This document shows, piece by piece, positions 36,924 to 51,544 of a DNA stretch of 63,811 bases. The notes beneath the pieces are model-generated. The model saw nothing but the letters and a program-made list of their open reading frames with translations. It was not told the origin of the DNA and did no database searches. Source of the stretch: Vitrella brassicaformis CCMP3155 (Eukaryota; Protista; Chromerida). The stretch is from assembly GCA_001179505.1 (NCBI GenBank), contig CDMY01000421.1, forward strand, positions 16,397-80,207. Direction: 5' to 3'. Each line of letters starts with the position of its first letter. The first letter of the stretch is position 1. The translations under genes and the position numbers were made by a program.

Positions 36924-38742
36924 GACGGAACACGACACACACACACGGCTACATATGTTTGGATGGACACCACGTGGCGTCTTTTTCCGTGATGTCTGTT
37001 TAGTTCAGTATGAGTGGCATTGACCGATCCATTCGTGTCGTTTTGCCCGAGTGTGGGAGGGGAGAGAGAGGAGAGGGATGGGGACGGTGTTCATCGGTCG
37101 TGGCCTGCGTACGATAAACGATGTCATGGCGTTTTGTACGTGGGATGGCGAACGTGTGTGAATGTCTCGTCTCGTCTTAAATCGGTCGGGTGCTTTCGCC
37201 TCACCCTTCGTGTTTGCCACAATGCAAGTGTCGTGGCCAGGTGACCGACCGGTCACAGATGGCATGGACGTGTCGCAGCAGACACACGAGGGAGGTTCTG
37301 CCAATTCGTTGCTAACTTCGCTGTTGCCTTTCCTTTTGCCGCACGTCTGCATGTGGATGTGACGTGATGGCCATCTCATCCCCCTCCCTCCCTCCCTCCC
37401 TCGCAGACACACCTGTGGTGCATGTTGCTGTTGAATGGACATGCATATTGATATTGATGTTGATGTATTGGCGAACTGGGCTGGGCTCGATCAGTTTGTT
37501 GTCATGCGTATGTGTCACATGAGTGACATTCCACACGGTCACGCGGACATCAAGATGACACGCGACGCGTAAACAACAGAGTCCAGGTGACCTGTCACCT
37601 GGCAAGAAAGCTTTGGTGCATCCCTGCAGGCCCCCCCTTGTTGTCTGCATGGCGTGCTCAGAGTTCAAAATCCGATGCACACACGAACATGCAGAGATAC
37701 ACTCACACTCACACTCACACATGCACACGATGACCAAGAAGGGCACGTCGCATGAACGGCACACATTCAGTGCACTAATGGATGGCATGGCAGAGGTCAC
37801 GGGGTGGCGCCCAGTGGCACCAGGTAGAGTGGCTGTTGTGTTGTGTTGGTCGGCTGTTGGCCGATCGGATGGCTGGGTCGGTCGCGAGACTCACCAGGGA
37901 GCGGCTCAGCGACACACAGACATCCCCTTCTCTCTCTCTCCCTTGCCCATCAGTGGTCGCGGGCGTACGGACGGATCCCAGCTGAGCTGAGCTGAGCTGC
38001 TTAATGCTGCGGGCGGCTGTCGACTTACGGGCAGTCTGCATGACCATTTGACACACACATGGCACACACACAACCACATACATGTATGTCTCTCTCGGCA
38101 CGTTTGGTCTCCTCGTGCATCGGGCATGTGTCGCCAGCGGCTGTGCATACCTACCGTGTTGGTGCGGTGTAGCTGACCGAGAGAGGGAGGAAGGGCTGGC
38201 AGCGGGGAGGCCACCACGTGTCGGGTGGCGGTGCAGTCCTGCGTTTCGTTTATAGTGAGGAGGTCGCTGGCGAACGGACCACTTCACCAGCTCCCGCACT
38301 CTCCTTCCGCCCGATTACTCGCACTCGCGTACTTTCATCGGCAGGCCACTCCCGTGCAGGAATGGTCTGTGACCGGGTGGTTTCTGATCACCGCAGTCGT
38401 CTCGTGCTTCTGCCTCAAGGGAAGAGTTCGGTAGAGGGGGGACAGTGGGGAGAAGGGGCAGGCGAAGAGGGTCAGAATCAGACACGAGTTATCCTCCATC
38501 GTTCATATGAATATTCTCCATATGAACGACACTTCCCCCTCGCCCCATCCTGGAGATGAGGGGGTGAAGGTGTGGTTTCACGGAATTCCTAGCTCATGAT
38601 GGATCGACGCCAAACTCATTGCAAGAGGAGCTGTGTTGCTGTGGAGCGTTTTACACAACACAACCACGAGCGCGATGCAATATACTGAACAACTCATGAA
38701 ATGCGGTTCTGCAGCGGCAGACTGAAGAGCTGTGACCACCCC

Positions 38743-41364
38743 ATGGGCCGCTTTGCCGCACTCGCCTTGATCCTGTGCCTCATCACCGCTCCCAACGGTC
38801 TCTTCCCCTTGGCAGCGTCTGCCTCATCCCTCAGGCCACCCCGCCATCACAGCCATGGCCGGCACTACTCAGCAGCCCACCAACAGCATCTATCGTACCG
38901 GCCTGCAACCAACGAATGGGCGCTTGCACCGAGCAGCAGCGAGGGCCGCGACGGTGACCGTCCTCTCTACGATGTGGATGTGCCCTTTGATCTGTCTTCT
39001 TCTGAGGATGGCATCGACGCTGCCAAGGGCGTGACGGTCATGATGGACACGGAAAACCATCGGCTGACGGTGGAGGAGGGGGTGCCTGACCACCACCATC
39101 ACCACCACCACCACCACCACCACCACCAAATGACCGACGCAGTTGCGTGGGGCCGATATGAAGACGTTCTCGACGACACCGGGTGGACGTTTCTCTACGT
39201 TACGGCCACAGACAGCCCTATGGTCTCTTATGACGTCAGGGCCTACGCCGCCGGCTTCGTCGAAGGCCTCACAACCGCACACCGCATCACTGATTTCCAC
39301 CACAACACGCAGCACATGATCCAGAAAGACCCGCACACCAAGACGGCCCTCGAGAAGGTCAGAAACGCCTTCAAAGACCGGCTGGAATACACCGAAGCGA
39401 AGACGCATTTCGGGAAGGCCGACATGATGCCGGCGGACCCCTATTGGCAGAACATCCGCTTTGGGCTGTATCAGCTGTGGGGCGTGCTGGACGGCTACAA
39501 CACGGTGGCTGGGGCGAGGGAGAAGCCGCGGCTGACGATGATGGACATGCTTCTCATCAACTCGGACGGCAACATGCCGGAACTGCTGCGAATCTACTCC
39601 AGCTATACCGGGCGTATGCATCAGGACCACCCCACCCCCACGCCCACAGCACCTGAGGGCCATCAGCAGCAGCAGCAGCAGCAGCCGCGGCCCCATGAAG
39701 AGCATGACGCGACCATCTCCTACTCGCCCTCGGCCAGCGGTCTTGTCAATCTAGCGGCGCTGCAGACCGACACACAGCACCAACACGCTTCCTTCAGCCC
39801 AGAGAGGGCCCACCTGCGGCTCATGGCCAGCCAGAAGGGCAGCAACGCCACAGCGAGACACACAGAAACCGACAGAGGCGGCCTCCTGGATCTGTCGCAC
39901 CCCTCTGTGGAGCGGGCGTGGCTGCGTCTGCAGCAGAGGTTTGGGCGGTGCAGTGCACTGGTGCGGCTGCTGCCTGGTAATGCTGACCTTCTGGTGGGGC
40001 ACACCACATGGGCCGACTATTCCGAGATGGTGCGAGTATACAAGTAAGGGAGGAGAGCGAAACGGAATCACACACCACACACGGGATCGCAGTGTGTCTC
40101 CTCTCTCTCCTTGGTCGCTCGCAGGTATTACAACATCCCCTTAGGTCAGAAGGTCACCAGGATGGCTTTCTCCTCCTACCCTGGCTGCATCTCCAGCACA
40201 GACGAGTACTACCAGCTGCAAGACACGGGCCTCGCCGTCATGGAAACCACCATCACCAACCTAAACCAAGACGCACACAACCTCCTGCCGGCCACGAAAA
40301 CGGGCAGCAAGGCCTTCGACTTCCTGCATGTGATGGCGGTTAATCGGATGGCCGTCGACTCGGCGCACTGGGCGTCACTCTACATAGAGGACGCCCTGCA
40401 GACCGGCACTTATTCGTCTCAGTGGGTGGTGGTCGACATGAGGGCCTTCAAGCGTGGGAAGCGGCTGAAGGCCGGCACGCTCTGGGTGGCGGAGTGTGTG
40501 CCGGGGGCGTGCCAGATGGAAGACAAGTCTCATGCACTCAACACGGTGAGAGTGAGACACACGCGTGCACAGGGCGTCCATGTAAAGAGGTGTGTGTTTG
40601 TGTGTGCAGACGGGCTTCTTTGCGTCTGTCAACGTGCCCATGTCTGCCACTGTGCGGAGGGCGGCTGGGTACGACGCTGCGGAGGCCGAGTACGGTGTGG
40701 TGTACTCAGTCGACAACAACCCCCGGCAATTCATCCTAGCAGCAAAAGCCCCACATGCCGCAGACATGGCCGTACGCAGATAGAGAGAGACACCCCCACA
40801 CCCCATCCATCCATCCATCCAGCCATCCATGTATGTCTCTCTGTGTGTGGCGTACAGTCATTCCGCCAGCTGATGCGTCGGAACGAGGCGCCCCACGAGC
40901 ACCCGAAGAACAACGGCTACGTCAGCCACCCAGGCCACGCCATATCGGCGAGATTCGATCTCGACCCCACCCTGCCGGTGCCCACGGGCGGCATAGACAG
41001 CAAGGTGGCCAACAAGTGCCTCTTCGACCACATGCAGTCACAAGTAGGCACGCGCGAAGGCACCCTGCAAGGAACCCCCCTCCCCCCACCCACCGCCGTA
41101 CACACGGATGGATCGTCTCTCTTTGTGTGTGTATGTGTGTTCCAGATAATAAGTGGCCCGACCACGGAGGGGAAGGACCTCTCTGCAACACCTCAGTGGC
41201 TGTGGCTGTTCTCATGGAAGAAAGCAGACGGCACGCCCCGCTTCCCCGGCTGGCCGCACGAGGGGCTGCCAAGTGAGTGGCATTTTTCGTGGGCGCAGAC
41301 ATCGCCCGATGGGTACTCATATGGCAGGTTTAGCCTCAAGGACGAATTGGAGACGTGTGCATAG
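38743..41364 (+). CDS. Phospholipase B-like (PLBD, Ntn-hydrolase) secreted/lysosomal protein
   Basis: Signal peptide, then GWTFLYV...AYAAGFVEG, GRCSALVRL...DLLVGHTTW..YSEMVRVYK, FSSYPGCISSTDEYY, GLAVMETT, GTYSSQWVVVD, ISARFDL and GGIDSKV, SGPT. Contains poly-His and poly-Gln tracts. Confidence 0.92.
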
Positions 41365-41557
41365 GTGTTACATAGATTGCAATGGCAGACAGACCGTTGA
41401 TTGAGAGAGATCGCATCGTTCATGTACATGACGCCGTCAATCAATGAGCTGTACAGTTCACTCACTCACTGCACACATCTGTCTCAACAACCAAAACATC
41501 GAAAGCTCCCCCCCACCCCTCTTATCTTTCTGCTCCATCCATCCATCCATCCGCCTG

Positions 41558-43569
41558 TCATGTCCCATTCTCACTCGCCCCGCCAGCACAAACCTCATCA
41601 CCATCAACACCAGCATCCACATCAAGACGCCGCCGCTTTACCGGGTGGCCCTCCACGCCATTCTCTTTCTGCTGCTGCTCTTCCCCTTCAGCAACACAAC
41701 CACCACCACCACCACCAGCAGGAGCAGCAAATGTGAAAGCGTTGTCTTCAACGATCTCTCTCGCTCGGTAGTACTGGAGGGTGCACGCCGCCTGTGGGAG
41801 GGAGGGGGATATGGCGGAGTACCACTCGGCCAGGTCGAAGACGTCGCATATGTCCCGCGGGGATCGTGTCGCCTGCATGGCCTCGTTCCACTGGAGGTTG
41901 CCGTCTTGTGAGATCATCTGCAGCACCGTGTACTTGATGTTCTGGAAGACATGGCCAAGGGTAATGGCCTGACCACACACACACACACACACACACACAC
42001 GAGCCCCATCCATCCATCCATCGATCTCTTTCTCTCTCACCCGTCTAATGTACTTCTGGATGACCTCCAGCCTCGTTGGTGCGTCCGCCTCTTCAGGCAG
42101 AAATATGGCCGGATTCCACAGGGCCCCCCTGGCGATCATGAGGGAGTCGGCCCACCCGACCTCCTTCCTGAACTTGTCGGCGCTCCTGCGCGTCATAAAG
42201 TCACCGTTGGCTATCAAAGGGATGGATAGACTCTCCTTCAGGGGCTGCACTCATTGAATCAATGAGACAGACAGACAACAGACAACGGCACACGAGTGAC
42301 TATCTATCTCTTCTGCGTCAGTCAATGGTGGGTGGGGTGGGGAAGGCGCCTACTCGGAAGGAGTCCCATCTGGCGGCGTGGGCGGGGCGTTCGTGCTTCT
42401 CCTGCAAGACCAACAAGAGAGACAACACAACCAACACAATGCCTGCATATGACTCTCATTCTTGATTCCTCCTGGCACCCAGCCACCCACCCACCCTTGC
42501 GTGGACAGCTATCGCCGCGATGCCGCAGTCCTCGCACGAAAGGGCAAAGTCAATCGTCTGCACCACACAAACGCATCGCATGCATCGCATGACAAACAAC
42601 AAACACAGGGAAGCACAAGTGAAGAATGGCGAATAGCGCAGCGCACCTTCTGCATGGTGTCGAGCAGTCGGATTTTGCAGGTGACGGGGCAGGGGAGGTT
42701 CCTGCGCAGCGTCTTGAGGATGTCAGTGGCCACCAGAGGAGTGCTCAGCAACGCGGCACCCATGCCGCCCTTCACCCTGATGATTGAATAAGTGGATGGA
42801 CGAACTTTGTGGGCTGGCTCGTGTCGTGTTTGTGGTGTCTTTTGCCTACGAGAAGCTCTTGGGGCATCCCATGTTGACATCCACCGCACAGACGTCCTGC
42901 ACGACCTTCTGTGCCCCGAGCAGCGCCTGAGTGGCGTCAGCAGTGCCTGCAGCATTCTCCCGCACCCTCCCTCTCAAGAGGACGTCGTTCGCCTGCCTCT
43001 GCCCGCGCCATCCCCCTTACCCAGCTGGAAGACGACTTTGCCCCTCTCCTCTCGGTTGGTGCTGAAGACGAAAGTGCCGTCTTTGCGGGATCTGTACTCG
43101 ACGGTGTTGTAGGCGTCGTTGTAGGTCCGCACCGTTGACGATATCCTCCTGTCGATGATCTCCTCGCCGTATACCAAATCTGACGCGGCGGCAAAATATG
43201 TACACACACAGAAATACATGCATGGTGCATGGCGGATGGCTGTGTGGGCGGCTGGCTGGCTGCCAGTGGCTGGCTGGGGAAGCACATCCATTCCATTTTG
43301 CACCTGCGCCGTAAGAGAGGCACTCGAGCCGCATTGCCAGGTTTCCCGCATGCACCTACAGGCAGCATCAAAACATGCATAGCTGGCGTGTGTGTTATTT
43401 CGGTGCGTGTGGTGTGGTGTCAGCAGGTGTGGTGTGGTGTGATGTGGACTACAGGTGACGTCAGCAGCTGTACCATTGGCGCGAGGATGAGCTTTCCCCT
43501 GTAGTCCACATCAGGGTACGTGGCGTGATCTCTGTTGGTCTCGCGAGAGATCACCTCATCATTCTCCAT
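41558..43569 (-). CDS. DUS2: tRNA-dihydrouridine(20) synthase
   Basis: YRGKLILAPM|VHAGNLAMRLECLSYGA|DLVYGEEIID, VVFQLG|TAD, VDVNMGCPKSFS, GGMGAALL, PVTCKIRLL, IPLIANGD and SLMIARGALWNPAIF. Confidence 0.92.
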
Positions 43570-43839
43570 CCTTCCGCTTCACAAACCACGAGAAGGCCCC
43601 CATTTTCCCTTTTGCCTCTTTTTCCCTCTTCCCACTGCGAGCTCAAGTTTCCTCCGAGCTGAGCTCGCGTTGACGTGGAGCGGGAAGGAAAAGAAGAAGG
43701 AGAGAGCCTTCCCCCAAGGGCAGGTTGCTGCTGCGTCAGGGGCACCCACTGATAAGGGTGTCGTCAAGAGTGCTTGTCAGTCATAGGCAGCCCACCCACG
43801 GCTGCGGACAGAGGACATCAGAGAGCGTCAACAGCCACC

Positions 43840-45114
43840 ATGTTTTTAATTAACGTGAGCAGACTGCCCTGAGGGCAGCCGACACACTCACAGACAGAGA
43901 CGAGCGCAGAGAGAGGGGCAGATCAATCAAATGAGATGCTTTTGTGTTGGTCTGGTCTGTGTTGGTCTCTCTTGTGGCTGATGATGATGATGATGTGTTG
44001 ACCTGACCAGTGGTTCTGGGACGTGTTATCGTATCTTGGTCTGTCGCACAAGAGCGCCAAGATATTGTTTTTGGGTCTGGACAATGCGGGCAAGACGACC
44101 CTCCTGCACATGCTCAAGGACGACCGAATAGCCACTCACGTCCCCACCCTCCACCCACGTACTGACTGCTCTTCCACACACACACGTGCACAACAGGCAG
44201 ACAAGAAAGCGGCCCAGCCCAGAGGCGCCTCGGTGATCGATGCTGCTCTTTGCGTGTGTGTGTGTGTGTCGTGTGTGCAGACTCTGAGGAGCTGCTGATC
44301 GGCAAGATTCGGTTCAAGACTTTCGACCTCGGCGGACACGAGACAGGTGGGCAGGGCAGGCGGGCGGCACACACATGGCGGGCGGCATCTCCTCTTGTGT
44401 GATGCACATGTGTGGTGTGGCATGGTGTGGTATGTCAGCTCGTCGCATCTGGAAGGATTACTTTGCGACGGTGGATGCGATAGTGTTCCTGGTGGACGCC
44501 ACGGACCGCACACGATTCAACGAAGCAAGGGAGGAACTCAACGTACGCACCCCCTCGCACGCAGCCACACTCCACAGACACACGGATGATGCCCTGCCTG
44601 ATGGGTGGATTGGATGAGTGTGTGTCATGACATGGTTGTGTGGCATCCATCGGTTGGTCAGCAATTGCTGGAGTCTCAGGAGCTGTCAACAGTGCCGTTT
44701 GTGGTGCTGGGCAACAAGATCGACGTCCCCAGCGCCGCGAGCGAAGACGAGCTGCGACAGGCGCTCGGGCTCTACTCACACATGACTTATGGCAGAGACG
44801 TACGGGAGGGAGGGAGGGAAGAGGAGAAAGGAGAAAAGGGCGAAGGGAAAAGACAAACATCACATCGGCATGATGCGTCTTGTCTTTTGTGTTGTGTTGT
44901 GTTGTGTTGTGTGCGCTAACAGAGGAAGGGTGACTCGGGAGTTCGGCCGGTGGAGCTCTTCATGTGCTCCGTCGTCAAGCGCATGGGATATGCTGACGGT
45001 ATGTATGCAGGCAGACTGCTCGCTGACCCGCTGACCAGTGCAGTTCGTGTGTGTTTGCTCCGCGCATTTCGTGTGTGTGCAGCTTTCAGATGGCTGTCGC
45101 AATTTCTGAGCTGA
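43840..45114 (+). CDS. SAR1: COPII small GTPase SAR1
   Basis: MFLIN|[60 protein letters not shown] and [25 protein letters not shown]. Confidence 0.98.
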
Positions 45115-45316
45115 ATGTATGGAGCCCATCCACCCACCGTCCCGCCATCCCACCCACCCACTCACTGTCTCAGACTGACCGACTCACCGAGCAATGAAGT
45201 CTCTGCCTGCCTGCCTGCCTGCCTGCCTGCATGGATGGATGGATGGATGGACGCTGCGACCGGCTTGCCTGCGTGTTTGCTACACACCATACCACACACC
45301 ACACAAACTGGAGGGA

Positions 45317-45616
45317 NNNNNNNNNNNNNNNNNNNNNNNNNNNNNNNNNNNNNNNNNNNNNNNNNNNNNNNNNNNNNNNNNNNNNNNNNNNNNNNNNNNN
45401 NNNNNNNNNNNNNNNNNNNNNNNNNNNNNNNNNNNNNNNNNNNNNNNNNNNNNNNNNNNNNNNNNNNNNNNNNNNNNNNNNNNNNNNNNNNNNNNNNNNN
45501 NNNNNNNNNNNNNNNNNNNNNNNNNNNNNNNNNNNNNNNNNNNNNNNNNNNNNNNNNNNNNNNNNNNNNNNNNNNNNNNNNNNNNNNNNNNNNNNNNNNN
45601 NNNNNNNNNNNNNNNN
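45317..45616. other. Assembly gap (300 N)
   Basis: Run of n followed by a G-run. Confidence 1.
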
Positions 45617-47420
45617 GGGGGGGGAGGGGAGGGGGGCTGTTTCTCATATGGCGGATGGATGGATGGGTGGATGGATGGGATGGACCAAGAGGCAGGCAGA
45701 CAGACAGGCAGGTGGCCAGACGGGCAGCTCTCTCCCTCTCTCCATCTGGTGTATTGCATCGTGTGTGGGGTCGTTGCGTTTTACCCCCTCTCCCTCTCTC
45801 TTTCAATGACGGTCTGTGTCGCCTTGCTGTGTTTTGTTTGCTGACCGTCCATTGTATGTTCGAGTTCCGAGCTACTGGCTAGCCCAGCTTGTGCAGTGCC
45901 TGGATGCCTCCGGGGGGAGGGAGGGAGGGGCAGCAACAGACACACAGGAGAGTGGGTGGATGAGCAACGGCGCTATCTATCTGTGTGAGTTGTTGATGAG
46001 CATGGTGTTCCTCTGTTCCCTCTATAACATGTGGCCCGGGAACGTACGACGGCCGGCTCGTGAAAGGGTTTGGCTGTCGATCGTTCGTGGTGGCTGTGCG
46101 CATGGAGGGACAGAGGCCGGTGCGACCGACCGACCAAAAGAGAGGAAGGAAAGAAATACAAGACGCCTGCGTGTCTGTCTGCCTCCAATATGGTTGTCGT
46201 TGTCTGATGGCGTGATTACGGAGCTGTCCTGGTCGTCAACTCCGCTGCCCAGATCGACGGGCAGCGGGGTCGACGTGCGGTGGGGCGTCACACTCACGCC
46301 AGCACAGGCACACAATCGCGGAACTGACAAGTCAGTCAGAGCACTTCACGGATTCACTGCGTGTCGTCCTCGTCTGGTGGCCTACCCTCTCCCCGACTGT
46401 GATGGATGGATGGATGTGCCCCCTCTTTCACCTGCCTCCCCTGTCTGTTGGTCTGTCTCATCCCATTCTCTTTGTCTTCCCCTCTGCTGTCTGTCTGTCT
46501 GTCTGGTGGGCTGGTCCTCGGGCGTTGGTTGCTCACTCGTGGTGGTGTGGTTGGTCCGTCCCTCTGTGCAGAAAATGGGACGGGATAAATTAGATAGATC
46601 TGACGAACGGCTGGGAGGGACGGGGGGAGGATAGGATGGGTCACGAGGGGGTGGCGGTACTGACGTGTTGACCTATCTATCTCTATTCTCCTGATGGATG
46701 GATGGATGGACGGATGGGCAGTTTCTGGCTGTCCTGCCTGTCATTGTGCCGTCCTGTCTCCTTCCCTGATTGCCCCCGAGCCTGCCTCGTTCACTCACTC
46801 TCTCTGCAATTTTGTGTCTCTGTTGCACGCGTGTGTGTGTGGGTGGGTGAGAGAATGATTGCCCGATTGGTCGACTCGAAGATTGTTCATGATGCTCTGT
46901 GTGTGTGGTGTGTGTGACAGTATTATCCCCCTACGTGAGTATCCATGTGAAATGCCCGTGTGCTATCTTTCTCATACCAGCGGCCAGCCAAATCGCACAC
47001 GGAACATTCTTCAAGTCCCTGTCGAATGCAATGCAGTCCCTCAGATGATGCATCGTTGAAAAACGCCACGATCAGCTAGCTGTCCATCCAGATCACGAAG
47101 GTGCGATTCAACTCAGCATGTAGCAAGGGGAGGAGGGAGGGACGGAGTGAAAGGGTAAGAGCCACGCCACGCCGCTCCCGCCCCGCCCCCCCCACTCAGC
47201 AAGCCATAGGTAGAACCTACCTAGCATGCATAAAACACGGCTGCCTGCCAGCCATCGATCGGTGCGCGCACCCACCCACCCACACGTGCACGTGCACGTG
47301 TCCGTCGCGTCACATCCATCCCCAATCAATGCACAGCAAGACAGACAGACACAGATGGGGGAGCCGAGAGAGGGAAAGGGGAGAGCGGGGGAGGGAGGGA
47401 GGGAGGGAGGGAGAGGTCGT

Positions 47421-48832
47421 TCAGGACTCTTTCTTGCCGTTGGGTTTGGTCTTGCTGCTGTGGTTGCCTCCGCCGCCTGACTTGGGAGCCGCCTTTGCGG
47501 ATGATGACTTGCTTGACGCCTGGCACTTGGCCTCCTCCTACAGTGGACACACAACCACAGCCATCACCGCAGCGATCAATAAATGGCTGTGTGGCGTGGA
47601 TTGGGTTTATGTGGTGGCTGGGTGCGCACCCACTGCTGGGTGGCTTACCTCAGCCTTGATGAGCGCTGCGGCTTTCTTCTCGGCGAGCCGCTGCTCCTTC
47701 TCAAGCTTCTGTTGCTTGATCTTCTCCTCATGCTTACAACACAACACACACACAAACGTCCGTCCACCCATCGCATCTCATCGGGTCAGTCATGTGTGGC
47801 CCTCGGTGTGCTGGACGTACCTCTTTTTGTTTCTTGAGTTTCTCAGCCTCCTTTTCCTTTTGTTTCTGGCGCTTCTCCACCTCCTTCTGCTGCGCCTCGC
47901 GCAGCAGATTGGCGCGCCACAACTGATACGCCTGCGGAAAGATTCGCTGACCTGCAGGGACACAGGCCACACACAGAGGAACAGACAAAGGTATCCGGGT
48001 GGCTCGCTCTCTCTCCGTGTGTGTGTGTGTGTGTGTGTGACGTACCCCATCCGTCTTCGAGGCACTCGGCCTCCTTCTGGATGAAATTGATCTCGTCCAC
48101 CAAATCTTTGTAGGCCTGAACAGCACACACACAGGAGAAGCGATGCATTCATGGCAATCCGTCCATCCCATCCCATCGATGCATCCATATCTTGGCACTA
48201 ATAAATAAATTGCATGGCGCGTAGCGTAGCGTACCGCCCGAATGAGTTGCCAGTGGTGTTCCGAGATGAGTCGTCTTCTGTAGAGCGCCTCCTTGCCTGG
48301 GTAGTCCTTCTGTATCTCCTGGTACCTCGGCAGGTTGGCTATCGCGCGCTTCATCAGACCCGTGCGCATCAGACGCTTCTCCTCGGGAGATAACTGCCTG
48401 CACACCACACCAACGACAGACAGACACATAAACCCAAGCCAGCCGTCACAATCCTTTTCGACGTGTCTGTGTGTCTTGTCTGTCTGTCTGTCTGTCTGTG
48501 CGGCTGACTCACCTGAGCCAGCTGGTTGTGAACTCGTCGGGTTCGTCTGTGTCTGAGAGCGTTTCGTCCTCCTCGCCGAACTCATTGATGGGCACCTCAG
48601 TGTACTCAGGGTTTTCCCTCTGAAACTTGCGCATGGCGTCTGTACGGATCTTGTCATAGTAGCGGATCTCGTTGCGCGGCACGGGGTAGCCCAGCCGCAG
48701 CTCAGCCTCCTGGAAGAAGCCCGTGGAGCTCTTCTGGCTCTTCCACTCCGACCACAGCATGTAACCCGCCGCACCGCCCAGTATCACCAGACACACCACC
48801 ACTATCAGCACGTCGATCACGAGGTCGAACAT
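47421..48832 (-). CDS. SEC66: Preprotein translocase subunit Sec66-like
   Basis: Single N-terminal TM (LIVVVCLVILGGAAGYMLW), then LMKRAIANL...RRRLISEHHWQLIRA|AYKDLVDEINFIQKEAECLEDGWG|QRIFPQAYQL and a K/E-rich coiled-coil tail, matching the Sec66 pattern. Confidence 0.8.
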
Positions 48833-49159
48833 GACAGGCAGGCCACCTCAGCTCAGCTCAGCTCAGCTCGGCAGGGGCACGGCAAAGCGGCTTGAGCATC
48901 AGCATCTCAGCATCAGCAGAAACAGAACGAGTTCTCCCATGCGGTTTGGGGACTGGAAATCGACAGGCAGCCGGGCCACAGAGAGGATTCCACTGCCTTT
49001 CGTGTACTCTCTGAGGATTGCAAGCTAAAGCTCGCGACAGAAGCGCTCACAGGCCAAATAGCCGTGAATGTGACGTTCTCTTCAGCAGCAGAAGGGCGAA
49101 AAAGGTAGCAGTGGCCGTTTGGCCCTCTGATCTTCTCTGATCTTCCGCGTGCGATTACA

Positions 49160-50959
49160 ATGCTTGCTCTATCAAGGCGCGTCACTGCTCTGCGCAGTGT
49201 GCTCAATGCGGCGCCTACCACGGCCGCATCACTGCAGCCCCACCTGCAGCAGCATCCGCATCAGCAGCGGCCGGCCGACCATCAAGTGCGGCACTTTGCT
49301 GCGAGCGAGAAGGTCGTCAAGCAACGAATGAGATCTGTCAAGTCCATCCAGAAGGTATGCAAAGCGAAACAAAGCAAAACAAAGCGAAGCAGCGCGTGTT
49401 CCCACCTCTCTCTCTGACCTCTGCGTGGGTGCGGGCACCTCTCAGATAACCAAGGCAATGAAGATGGTTGCTGCGTCGAAGCTCAAGAACGACCAGAGGA
49501 GACTCGAGAACGGCATGCCCTTCGCACAGCCTGTCATGGTCAGTGCGGAGTGCGACACACAGCCATACACAGCTCACGTGTACCTTCTCTTTCTGTGCAG
49601 ACTTTGCTAAAGAAGTTGCCGCAGGACAGCGCGGCGCTGAAGCCGACGGGCAAGGAGGACACTCTAATGGTCGCACTCTCATCAGGTCGACCAGCGTGAT
49701 CCACGCACACGTCATCACAAGGACACCAAAACTCATGTGGGGTGGGATGGGTCGGTGAATGAATGTGCTGCAGACAAGGGTCTGTGCGGCGGTGTCAACT
49801 CATCCGTGGCCAAGCTCGCCAGAAACACAGTGAGTGAACCATACTTACACACACACACACACACACACTCTCTCTCTCTCTCTCTGCGTGCATATGCGTG
49901 TCTGTCTATCTGTCTGTCTGTCTTTGCTGTGTGTGTCAGACCCTCGAGAAGGAGGGAGAGGGCGGTGTGGTTCGCATATTCGGCGTGGGCGACAAGATAC
50001 GAGCCGCACTCGAGCGGCTCTTCGCTGACCGGTAAGTCATTCGGTCAATCAATCGGTCATCAACGCATGACAGCAGCATTGCATACCCGTGCGCGTGTGT
50101 GTGTAGGTTTGCACGTATGGTGAGTGAGGTGACGCGAAACCCCTGGAACTTCACTATGGCCTGCATCATCGCCACTAGAGTGCTCAAGGTATGTTGCAAA
50201 ACAGGCAGGCAGGCCAGCAGGTGTGTCTGACGCCGTGTGTGTGTGTGTGTGGTGTGCAGATGAACCCGACCAAGTGTCTGCTGCTGTTCAACCATTTCAA
50301 GTCGGTCATCAGCTACGAGACAACCGCCATGCCCCTGCTCACACCAGCCGACGCTGAGAAGGTCAGCCACACACCCTCACACGGAGACGCACACACGCAC
50401 CCACGCGCAATGATCTCCAATGTGTGTCCTTTATCAGCTGGACAAGCGTGAGCTCGACACATACGAGTTTGAGCCGGAGACAAGGGAAATATGGCAGGTG
50501 AGTGACTGACACTGGTGGTAATGACTTGTCACTGACGTCATAATCACTTGTTTACGTGTGCCATAACGCTCTTCCTCTCCTCTCTGTCAGGACATCCATG
50601 AGTTTTACTTTGCGTGCACCCTCTACGGCTGCATGCTCGACAACATCGCATCCGAACAGGTAAGTAAACAGGGCAAGGGAAGGACGACTGCTGATCCATC
50701 CATCCATCCATGGGTTCCTGTGGCGCGTGTGTGTGTATCTGTAGTCTGCGCGCATGAGTGCGATGGACAACGCGTCCAAGAACGCCGGCGAGATGCTCGA
50801 CAAACTCACACTCGCGTACAACAGAGCGAGACAGGTATCCCATACTCATACACGCCCACCCACCACACCCACACGGGTCTTCCTTTCCTGTGGCTCTCAT
50901 CTCAGGCCAAGATCACGACCGAGCTGATTGAGATTATCTCTGGCGCAAGCGCACTGTGA
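49160..50959 (+). CDS. ATP3: Mitochondrial F1-ATP synthase gamma subunit
   Basis: Presequence, then [12 protein letters not shown]|[15 protein letters not shown]|[13 protein letters not shown]|[17 protein letters not shown] and YNRARQ|[17 protein letters not shown]. Confidence 0.98.
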
Positions 50960-51544
50960 ATGAGTCAGCGAGTGCGGCCGTGGTGTTGCGTGCCAGCTGC
51001 CATTTTTGGCCCCTTGTTCGTTCTGCTGGCCGCACGGTGTCTTTTCCCTTATTGGTGTCGTTGAGCGTACGTGTGTGTGTGTGTGTTGTCTGTCGTGTGT
51101 GGGTGTTGTCGCCTCTCTCTTCGCAAGAGTGGCTTGACGACACACACCCACACACCCACCCCACCGACCCAACGTCGATATGCATACCTACCTACATGCG
51201 GACATCGCTATTGAGTGAATGCTGCTTTGAGGGCGTGAATGGTCTGCTCCCGTCCCGCGGTCTGTCTGTCTGTCTGTCATCGACACACGCGCATGGGCGA
51301 CACCCACAGCCACACAGTCGTTCGTTTCCTTCTGTATTGATTGCTGTCTTTGTACGAACACGCTGACACTGTGGATGAACGGTCTACTGACTCAGGCATG
51401 CACACGCACCCACACACCCCAGACACTAATCGTCCATCCAGTCCATGCATCCATCCATCCATTCAAAAACAGCAGCCATCCAGCCACTCACTCAGCCACC
51501 GCGTAACTGCGCTCTCCTGCATGCCATCCGTTCAGTTTGTTCAC

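Noticed and set aside
36950-38700. ORFs at 37613, 37775 and 38218 in the BBOX-PLB interval
   Set aside because: No coherent exon chain or motif. Treated as intergenic.
45620-47400. ORFs at 45816 and 47101
   Set aside because: Low-complexity UTR/intergenic sequence or antisense to SEC66.
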